Positions 57,251 through 64,000 of a stretch of DNA of 64,000 nucleotides are shown in pieces (position 1 is the stretch's first letter; every line of letters begins with the position of its first letter). The stretch spans positions 2,304,001 through 2,368,000 of the forward strand of contig OZ241869.1 of NCBI GenBank assembly GCA_965202805.1, given 5' to 3'. This DNA is from Longimicrobiales bacterium. GTDB lineage: Bacteria; Gemmatimonadota; Gemmatimonadetes; Longimicrobiales; Gaopeijiaceae. The translations under genes were made by a program, and so were the position numbers. Below the pieces are notes generated by a model that saw nothing but the letters and a program-made list of their open reading frames with translations, ran no database searches and was not told the origin of the DNA.

Positions 57251-58843
57251 TCATCGCAACCGCACCACCGGGTGTCTGACCTCGAGGTCGGTCTTTCGCT
57301 GCAGATCGTGCACGGTAACGCACAGCCAGCGGTTCTCGTCAACCGAGTAGGTTACGCGCAGCCGGGGCGCCGCGCCCCGGCCGGCCGGGTTCAGCGGCAG
57401 CGCCGGATCCGCCTCGTTGAGGCACAGGCAGAACGCCCGTTCGCCCGCGGTCCCGGGCGTGAAATAGCGGGAGCCGTTGGGGCGCTCGGTCCACTCGACC
57501 GGACGCCCGGCCACGCGCCCGACCTCGCAGACGAAGAGGTTGATGTGCTGCTGGCCGTCGAAGCCGGGAGCGTAGTAGCGGGTCACGAAGTCGTCGACCG
57601 TCGGAAAGCAGGTGCCACCGGGGATGAGCAGCTCGTACTCGGCCTCTCCGCCATCGGCGGGCAGCAGTCGAAGCGCGTAGTCGTGGTAGATGAAGTCCTG
57701 TACGTGCGCGCCGCCCGCGTAGATGCACGCACCTCGCGCAACGCTGGCGAACGGGAGCCACTCGCGCACCTTCTCGCGGCCCAGCACGTCGCCCACGACG
57801 TTGCGGACTTCGGGAAGAAGGGTGGAGCCTCCCTCGAGGATCACGTCGTCGATCTCGCCCAGGCGCACGCCATGCCGGGTGAGCAGCTCGTTGAGCAGTG
57901 CGTCCAGAAGCTCCCGCATCCGCGCGTACAGCCCGTTTCCGGCGAGGATGTCGCGCAGGCCGTCGTAGTCCAGCCTCCCGAACGACTCGTTGCGGAAGGT
58001 GAAGTCGCCTTCGCTCCCCGCGCTGGCGAGCAGCTTCACCCGCTCGGCCTCCCACCTGAGCGCGACCTCCCATTCGGGCCAGTCGTGAAGCGCCGCCGGG
58101 ACGAACCGCTCCAGGATCCAGCCGTCGACATCGTCGCCGCCGAGCTCCACGGCCTGCTTCGCCAGCACCTCCGCCCGACCGGTCTCCATCGTGCGCGCGC
58201 CGTGGGTGCGCACCACCGCGGCCTCCATCGATCCGCCCCCGAAATCGAAGGCCACGAGGGTGGTGGGTCGTCCGACATCCACGCCGTAGCCGAGCGCGGC
58301 CGCGACGGGCTCGTCGAGCGTGCGGAACACGATCCCGGTCGGCTTGCCCCGGAGGCGCGCCCAGACGCGTTCCCACCAGCCCCGCCGCTTCAGACGCCGG
58401 ACAATCGCCTGCAGTTCGGCCCGGTACGTCTCGTAAAAACCGCTCGGCGTGGCGATGGTGATGTCGGCGACTTCTTCGTCGAACCGCGCCTCGAGGGTGC
58501 CGATGACCTGCCGCAGGAAAAGCGAAGCGATGTCCTGGGCGGTGAAGGCTCGCCCGTCCACGCGCGCCATCGCCCGGCCGCTCTCCATCCCGAGGTAGCG
58601 CTTGAAGCCGCGCACGAAGCCCGCGGCGCGTCCGTCCCAGTTGTAGGTGACGGCTTCCTGCCCGATCAGGACCTTCTCGCCCTCCCGGTCCATCACGCAT
58701 ACGCACGACGGCATGACGGGCGTCTGCGTAACGGGCTCGATCTTCGCGAGATCCGGCAGGTTCACGATGTGCGGCCGGCCCGACCGGTCTTCGCAAACGG
58801 TCGTGTTGGATGTGCCGAGATCGATGGCCCAGTGGGTTGGCAT
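57251..58843 (-). CDS. Atypical Hsp70-family (DnaK-like NBD) protein
   Basis: AIDLGTSNT, DEPVAAALGYG, FDFGGGS, LGGDDVD, EAERVK, LEGGSTLLP; non-canonical C-terminus without a helical lid. Confidence 0.88.
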   Translation of the reverse strand: MPTHWAIDLGTSNTTVCEDRSGRPHIVNLPDLAKIEPVTQTPVMPSCVCVMDREGEKVLIGQEAVTYNWDGRAAGFVRGFKRYLGMESGRAMARVDGRAFTAQDIASLFLRQVIGTLEARFDEEVADITIATPSGFYETYRAELQAIVRRLKRRGWWERVWARLRGKPTGIVFRTLDEPVAAALGYGVDVGRPTTLVAFDFGGGSMEAAVVRTHGARTMETGRAEVLAKQAVELGGDDVDGWILERFVPAALHDWPEWEVALRWEAERVKLLASAGSEGDFTFRNESFGRLDYDGLRDILAGNGLYARMRELLDALLNELLTRHGVRLGEIDDVILEGGSTLLPEVRNVVGDVLGREKVREWLPFASVARGACIYAGGAHVQDFIYHDYALRLLPADGGEAEYELLIPGGTCFPTVDDFVTRYYAPGFDGQQHINLFVCEVGRVAGRPVEWTERPNGSRYFTPGTAGERAFCLCLNEADPALPLNPAGRGAAPRLRVTYSVDENRWLCVTVHDLQRKTDLEVRHPVVRLR

Positions 58844-58939
58844 GGATTAATCCAGTGGCGGTCTCTTGAAGTGACACCTGCGGGTGTCGTGACGCATGAT
58901 GTCGGGTTCGCCGGACGCGCTCCGGGGAGTGACTGCCGC

Positions 58940-60166
58940 TCACCTCCACAATGCCCCGAGCGGCACGGCGTAGAGCCCCTCCCCGAACGCGGTGGTGTGA
59001 TCGCCGTCGTAGAGGAGCACGCCCATGCGGAACCGCTTCCCCGCCACGCGCCGGAAGCGCTTCAGCCCGGTGAAGTCCCGCGCGCGCAGCGAGGCCGCCG
59101 CCTTGACCTCAATCCCGTAGCATTCACCCGACACACTCTCCAGAACGACGTCCACCTCGATCTTGTCCTTGTCGCGATAGTGATGGAAGGCGAGAGGCTC
59201 CTCCACCCAGAGCGCCTGCTTTCTCAGTTCGTTGTACACGAAGGACTCCAGCAGAAACCCCAGATCGGCGGGGCTTCCGAGCAGCCGCCGCCGGTTGATC
59301 CCGCGCATCGCGCACATCATTCCGGTGTCGACGGCGTGCATCTTCGGCGTCTTGACCAGGCGCGTGAACTCGGAGGCGTGCCAGGCCGGAACCCGCTCCA
59401 CGAGAAAAAGCTGTTCCAGGAGAGCCAGGTACTTCCCCGCGGTGAGACGGTTCAGACCCAGCCTGCCCCCGAGGTCGGCCAGGTTGACCAGCCTTCCCGA
59501 GAGAACGGCGGTCAGCCGGAGCAGTCTGGTCATGGAGTCCAAATGACCGATCCCGGGCAGGTCTCTCAGATCCCGCTGGATGAGCGTGCTCACATATTGC
59601 CGGTACCAGGCGGCCACCCGTCGTTCGCTCGTCCGCGTCAGGGGCTCCGGAAAGCAGCCCGCTACAATCCGCCGCACCAGATGATCCCTGACCCGCACTT
59701 CCTCCGCTACGGGCGGTTCGCCCCTGAGAAGGGTGCCGAGAAAGGTCGGCTCACGGCCGGCGATTTCGCATTCCGACAGCGTGGCGAGCCGGACAGCCTC
59801 CATCCGTCCGACCAGCGCATCGGACACCCTGGGCCGGAGAAGCGCGTTGGCCGATCCGGTCAGCAGGAAGCGCCCCGGCGTCCGATTCTCGTCCACCGCC
59901 TGCTTGATTGCGAGCAGCGTCTCGGGCACCCGCTGAACTTCGTCGAGGGCAATCCTCTTCGGTGGAAGATTGCGGACGAAGCCGACGGGATCGGCGCGGG
60001 CCACCTCCGCCTGCGCGATGTCGTCGAAGGTGATGTATTCCCAGCTGGCGTCGATGAGGTCCTTCACCAGGGTTGTCTTTCCCACCTGCCGCGCACCCAT
60101 GACGAATACCACAGGTGTGTCGGCGAGCGCCTCGCGCACGAGGCGGGCGGTGAATCGTGGATAGAT
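58940..60166 (-). CDS. AAA+ ATPase with DUF4143 domain; apparent start ATC at 60166 (first canonical GTG at 60139)
   Basis: (I)YPRF N-terminus, GARQVGKTT, LDEVQR, FLLTGSA, LVKTPK, LLESFV, HYRDKDKIEVD, IEVKA. Confidence 0.88.
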   Translation of the reverse strand: MYPRFTARLVREALADTPVVFVMGARQVGKTTLVKDLIDASWEYITFDDIAQAEVARADPVGFVRNLPPKRIALDEVQRVPETLLAIKQAVDENRTPGRFLLTGSANALLRPRVSDALVGRMEAVRLATLSECEIAGREPTFLGTLLRGEPPVAEEVRVRDHLVRRIVAGCFPEPLTRTSERRVAAWYRQYVSTLIQRDLRDLPGIGHLDSMTRLLRLTAVLSGRLVNLADLGGRLGLNRLTAGKYLALLEQLFLVERVPAWHASEFTRLVKTPKMHAVDTGMMCAMRGINRRRLLGSPADLGFLLESFVYNELRKQALWVEEPLAFHHYRDKDKIEVDVVLESVSGECYGIEVKAAASLRARDFTGLKRFRRVAGKRFRMGVLLYDGDHTTAFGEGLYAVPLGALWR

Positions 60167-60239
60167 GACGGCGGGCTCCTGCGCGGGAGGAGGGCTCCGG
60201 AGGAGGCCGGAGGGCGGCGGTCGATCGTGAATCTATCAG

Positions 60240-60349
60240 CGTCCAATCGTTATTGAAAGGTCGTCCAATCGTTATTGAAAGGTCGTCCAATCGTTATCGA
60301 TACGCCGTCTAATCGTTAGTCACCGACCGTCCAATCGTCATCGCCGGGG
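60240..60349. repeat. 22-bp period direct-repeat array, 5 copies, core CGTCCAATCGTTA
   Basis: Units start at 60240, 60262, 60284, 60306 and 60328; the first two are identical, later ones keep the 13-bp core (at most 1 mismatch) and vary in the other 9 bp. Confidence 0.95.
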
Positions 60350-60468
60350 AACCGCAGCAGCTGTCGGGAAGGATCCACCCGGGGCCGCGGCATGTTGTTG
60401 CGGACGTGGCCCGTGGGATGACTACATTACATGCCCGCCGAACACCGCAGGTTACACCGAGCAAAGCC

Positions 60469-61104
60469 ATGATGCACAGGGCGAGACATGGATGGGTCGA
60501 GGTCGTCGCCGGCGTCATGTTCAGCGGCAAGTCCGAGGAGCTGATCCGGCGCGTGCGGCGCGCCCTTATCGCCGGACGGCGGGTGCAGCTCTTCAAGTCC
60601 CACCTGGACGACCGCTACGGCGGCCAGTTCCGCATCTCGTCCCACGACGGCCGCCAGATCGACGCCGAGCCCGTGTCCAACTCCGTGCAGCTCGCCGAAA
60701 AGGTCCGCCCGGAGACGCAGGTGCTCGCCATCGACGAAGCCCAGTTCCTGGACGACGGCATCTGCGAGGTTGTCGATGCGCTGGCCGATGCGGGGATGCG
60801 CGTGATCATCGCCGGCACCGACATGGACTTCCGCGGGGAGCCCTTCGGCCCCATGGGCCTGCTCCTGGCGCGCGCGGAGCGGATCGACAAGCTGAACGCC
60901 ATCTGCGTCGTGTGCGGCGATCCCGCGACGAGAAACCAGCGCCTCATCGACGGGAAGCCGGCGCCCGCGGAGGGCCCGACGATCCACGTCGGAGGCGCCG
61001 AGTCCTACGAGGCCCGCTGCCGCCGCTGCCATGAGGTGCCCAAGCGGGATCGGGCCCAGCGGGAGCTTTTGCCGAGGCGCGGGAAGGGATGGGAGGGGGT
61101 GTAG
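60469..61104 (+). CDS. tdk: Thymidine kinase
   Basis: GWVEVVAGVMFSGKSEELIRR, DDRY, IDEAQF, DMDFRGEPF, CVVC...YEARCRRCH zinc site. Confidence 0.96.
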   Translation: MMHRARHGWVEVVAGVMFSGKSEELIRRVRRALIAGRRVQLFKSHLDDRYGGQFRISSHDGRQIDAEPVSNSVQLAEKVRPETQVLAIDEAQFLDDGICEVVDALADAGMRVIIAGTDMDFRGEPFGPMGLLLARAERIDKLNAICVVCGDPATRNQRLIDGKPAPAEGPTIHVGGAESYEARCRRCHEVPKRDRAQRELLPRRGKGWEGV

Positions 61105-61107
61105 ACC

Positions 61108-61344
61108 ATGACACACGGCAGACTGAATCGACTCTCGTTTCCGGCGCAGATCCTGATGACCGCGATCATCGTGGCCGCCCTGGCCGGGGCCGCCCGCCTG
61201 GCGAGTTCCGAAGAAGACTCCAGGGCGTTCGACGAAGCGGCGGAGCAGACGCGGTTTCAGCTGGAAGGAGCTGCTCGCGGTGTCGAAGCGGCCGACCCCC
61301 CGGACGACGAGCGCCAGATGCCCGTGGAGCGTGAAGAGCCATGA
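61108..61344 (+). CDS. Small single-pass membrane protein, hypothetical
   Basis: GGAGGGG upstream; one hydrophobic helix followed by an acidic tail; ATGA overlap with the next gene. Confidence 0.55.
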   Translation: MTHGRLNRLSFPAQILMTAIIVAALAGAARLASSEEDSRAFDEAAEQTRFQLEGAARGVEAADPPDDERQMPVEREEP

Positions 61345-62222
61345 TCGACACGATCACGAGCGCGCTCAACTGGGACGCGGTCATGGGCTGGTTCTACATA
61401 TTGAACGACCTGAGCCTGGTGTACGTGATCGTCCCGTTCTTCTTCGTCGAACTCATTCGCTATGCGTATCTGAAGCGTTTGAGCCTCGACGTCATCGGCG
61501 ACTCGGTGGCGAACGTCATCACTTTCGTGTCGTTCGTGGCCATCGAGTACGCCCTCGGCATCCTCTTCGTCACGAAGCTCTACTTCTGGATCTACGCGAA
61601 CTTCAGCCTGGCTCACCTGTCCCTGAACTGGGTCACCATCGTGACCTGTGTGCTGCTGGCCGATCTCATGTACTACTGGGATCACCGCATGATGCACAGG
61701 ATCGGGGTCGGATGGGCCACGCACACGGTGCATCACAGTTCACCCCACTTCAACATGTCGGTGGCCTATCGCTTCGGCCCCCTCGACGCGGTCTTCCCGC
61801 TCCTCTTCTCATTCCCGATCGTCATGCTGGGGTATCACCCCATCCTGGTGCTGCTGTCCGAGATCCTGGTCCAGCAGTTCCAGGCGATCCTGCACACGGA
61901 GGCGATCCGAAAGCTGCCGCGCCCGGTCGAGTTTGTCTTCAACACGCCCTCTCATCACCGGGTGCACCACGGTTCGAACCTGCAGTACTGGGACAGGAAC
62001 TACGCGGGCATGCTCATCGTCTGGGATCGCATGTTCGGGACCTTCGAACCGGAGGTCGAGCCGGTCATGTACGGCATCGAGCAGCCGCTCAACTCGAACA
62101 ACCCCATCAAGGTGTTTCTGCACGGGATCCAGCGCCTGGCCGTCAAGTTCTTCCAGACGAAGGGAATGGGGAACAAGCTGCGCGTGTTGGTGAAGCCGCC
62201 GAGCTGGAGTGCGCCGGAGTAG
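61341..62222 (+). CDS. Sterol desaturase / fatty acid hydroxylase superfamily protein (alkylglycerol monooxygenase-like)
   Basis: His boxes YYWDHRMMH, WATHTVHHSS, HTE, TPSHHRVHHG; NYAG-x3-VWDRMFGTF. Confidence 0.9.
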   Translation: MIDTITSALNWDAVMGWFYILNDLSLVYVIVPFFFVELIRYAYLKRLSLDVIGDSVANVITFVSFVAIEYALGILFVTKLYFWIYANFSLAHLSLNWVTIVTCVLLADLMYYWDHRMMHRIGVGWATHTVHHSSPHFNMSVAYRFGPLDAVFPLLFSFPIVMLGYHPILVLLSEILVQQFQAILHTEAIRKLPRPVEFVFNTPSHHRVHHGSNLQYWDRNYAGMLIVWDRMFGTFEPEVEPVMYGIEQPLNSNNPIKVFLHGIQRLAVKFFQTKGMGNKLRVLVKPPSWSAPE

Positions 62223-62297
62223 GCGAGGTTACCCGCCCCCCTGCCCTGGCGAGGGGAGTCCAGGTATCCCGCCATGGCGGTTGGTAGCAGCCCTTCG

Positions 62298-63998
62298 CTA
62301 ACCCCCCGGCACCCGCAGAATCGGATACGACTCTCCCGCACGCAGCCGGTCCGCGAGGAAGCCCCAGTTGGCGAACCCGTCGTCGGACTGCGGCTCCAGC
62401 AGGCTGAACAGCAGGCGTCCCAGCGGCTGGTCGACCCGCGCGAGCATGTCCGCGGAATCCGGCGTGACCCGGGTCCTCTCGTAGCGCCCGAACACCGTTT
62501 GCTCGTTATGGCCCTGGAAGGGCTGCTCGGCCGTCCGTACCGAATCGATCCGGAACGCCTCCACATCCACGCGCACGGCCTCCGCCGGCTCGAGTGCAAC
62601 CCCATGCGCCGCGAGCCGCGTCAGGACCTCCTCCAGATCCGCGGGGACCAGGTAGGCCTCGGGGACCAGCTCCAGGAGGGTCGGCGCAAAGGTCCCGTAC
62701 TCGTACATCGGCGCGACGTATTGCGTATCGGTGCGCAGGAGCAGCGGGCGTCCGGTGAGCGGGTGCGCCTCCTCGATCGTGCCGCCCATGAGGATGTCGA
62801 CCGGCGCGGCCGAGCGCTCGGGTACGGCGCGGAGCGCCAGCGAATCGCCCACCACCGAGGCGGCATCGGCATCCGCCACGATGCTCCGCACCTCGCCCGC
62901 GTGCTCGTGCACGTAGTCCAGGATCTCCTCGACGAAGTACAGCGTGGCGAGCACCCGCTCCTCGAAGGACGCGTAGGAGTAGGCCTCGCTCAGGATGCCG
63001 ATCCGGTTGCGCAGGCCGAGGTAGTTGTTGTTGAACCGCGGGCGGTGGTCGAAGGTGTACCAGGCGGGCTCGCCCCCACCGCGCGCGAAGGCGTTCCCGT
63101 AGTAGTAGTACTCCCAGCCGTGCTTGTCCCGGATCTCCCCGGTCACGTGCGGAAGCAGCCCATCCCGGAGGAAGTCGTCGATTCGGGCCGGCGTGTTGGG
63201 GTGGAGCGGGGGCGAATAGGTGAGATGGTAGGCATGCTGGGTCCCGTTCGTCGTATGCAGATCGACGGCGACGTGCGGATCGTATTCGCTGAAGAGCCGC
63301 GCCACCGACCGCGCCTCGGGCGAGTCGAGCTTCATGTGATCGCGGTTCAGGTCGTAGCCCTGGGCGTTGGGCCGCTGCCCCATCCCGCCGATGGGCCCGT
63401 GCTGGCGGCCCCGGTTGGTGAGGGTCACCCGCTCGTTGCCGTCCGCGTTGTAGATGGGCCCGATCAGGAGCACCATCGACTCGCGCCATTCGCCGTGACG
63501 GCCGGCCATGAGGTCGCGGAGCAGCATCTGGAGCGCCTCCTTCCCGCACACTTCGCCCGCGTGGATGTTGCCCTGGAGATAGACGACCGTCCTGTCCGAA
63601 GCCCGCACCGAGGCCGGGCTCGCATCCTCGATGTCGCCCACTACCGCCAGGGGAAGCGCCCGCCCCTCGGTGCTGTAGCCGAACGTGGTGTAGTGGACCG
63701 ACGGCGAGCTGGCCGCCGCGCGCTGCAGGAAGTCGACGACATCGGCGTGGGAGCTGGTCTCGCGATAATCCGTGCGTTCCGCGCGCGTGAGAAAGGAATC
63801 GTCGGGGGCCGGGGCGCCGTCGCACGCCGAGAGCACGGCCGTGCAAGCCGCGAGCGCGCACGCGAGTGACCCCGACCGAGTGCGGGGAGGCGCCGGGGTG
63901 GCCCGCCGGGGACCCGAAGCTGCTCGTCCGGCTTCCGAAGCTGCTCGTCCCGTCTGCGAAGCCGCCCGTCCCGTCTGCGAAAGGGTTGCTTGTCCCGT
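62298..63998 (-). CDS. M14 zinc carboxypeptidase family lipoprotein, 5'-partial (frame stays open to the window edge)
   Basis: GNIHAGEVCGKE (HxxE), YNADG, DLNRD, DLHTTNG, LSE; lipobox VLSAC. Confidence 0.9.
   Translation of the reverse strand, partial: TGQATLSQTGRAASQTGRAASEAGRAASGPRRATPAPPRTRSGSLACALAACTAVLSACDGAPAPDDSFLTRAERTDYRETSSHADVVDFLQRAAASSPSVHYTTFGYSTEGRALPLAVVGDIEDASPASVRASDRTVVYLQGNIHAGEVCGKEALQMLLRDLMAGRHGEWRESMVLLIGPIYNADGNERVTLTNRGRQHGPIGGMGQRPNAQGYDLNRDHMKLDSPEARSVARLFSEYDPHVAVDLHTTNGTQHAYHLTYSPPLHPNTPARIDDFLRDGLLPHVTGEIRDKHGWEYYYYGNAFARGGGEPAWYTFDHRPRFNNNYLGLRNRIGILSEAYSYASFEERVLATLYFVEEILDYVHEHAGEVRSIVADADAASVVGDSLALRAVPERSAAPVDILMGGTIEEAHPLTGRPLLLRTDTQYVAPMYEYGTFAPTLLELVPEAYLVPADLEEVLTRLAAHGVALEPAEAVRVDVEAFRIDSVRTAEQPFQGHNEQTVFGRYERTRVTPDSADMLARVDQPLGRLLFSLLEPQSDDGFANWGFLADRLRAGESYPILRVPGG
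63915..63995. repeat. 21-bp in-frame degenerate tandem repeat (about 4 copies) in the N-terminus of the M14 gene
   Basis: CGAAGCTGCTCGTCC-like units at 63915, 63936, 63957 and 63978; encodes TGRAASQ-like units on the minus strand. Confidence 0.85.
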
Positions 63999-64000
63999 GT

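Noticed and set aside
57251..58843. Canonical dnaK
   Set aside because: Too short, lacks the canonical substrate-binding domain and lid, and has no dnaJ or grpE alongside
60240..60349. CRISPR array
   Set aside because: The conserved core is only 13 bp, the variable parts are 9 bp (two identical), and there are no cas genes in the window
1..64000. tRNA, rRNA, prophage or integrase
   Set aside because: No such signatures were recognised by eye; a tRNA or covariance-model scan would be needed to exclude small RNAs

Overview
This is a high-GC bacterial chromosomal window with about 47 protein-coding genes. I found no recognisable rRNA, tRNA, CRISPR array or integrase. The gene content (many secreted beta-propeller lipoproteins, a 6-bladed-propeller remnant, an Rpn nuclease, two AAA-DUF4143 genes, a sterol desaturase-like gene) suggests a Gemmatimonadota-like organism, possibly a marine invertebrate symbiont; this is inference only. 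Left part: prolyl oligopeptidase; a Liv-type ABC transporter and acyl-CoA ligase operon split by two propeller lipoprotein genes; a TonB-dependent receptor; a PotD-like binding protein divergent from a propeller plus di-heme cytochrome pair; an AAA-DUF4143 gene; an itaconate/mesaconate-type C5-dicarboxylate module. Middle: an Rpn / stand-alone Cache / mazEF islet; a YfcC transporter and esterase; an ARPP-1 (DUF6569) gene divergent from a MerR-like HTH gene; fructosamine kinase; two convergent heavy-metal RND systems enclosing an MscS plus degenerate-AAA pair. Right part: an amidohydrolase pair; an atypical Hsp70 plus HEAT protein; a second AAA-DUF4143 gene; tdk; a desaturase; an M14 peptidase cut by the window edge. 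The strongest unexplained signals are: (1) seven CAG[T/C] motifs in exact 10-bp phase around a TTGACA-N17-TATACT promoter between the ARPP-1 and MerR-like genes; (2) a 5 x 22-bp array and an apparent ATC start upstream of the second AAA-DUF4143 gene; (3) a His/Cys-rich ORF ending in ETPPPR upstream of cusCBA; (4) an RBS-led internal ORF in the Rpn gene, whose own start codon is missing. All family calls come from motif recognition, not database searches.
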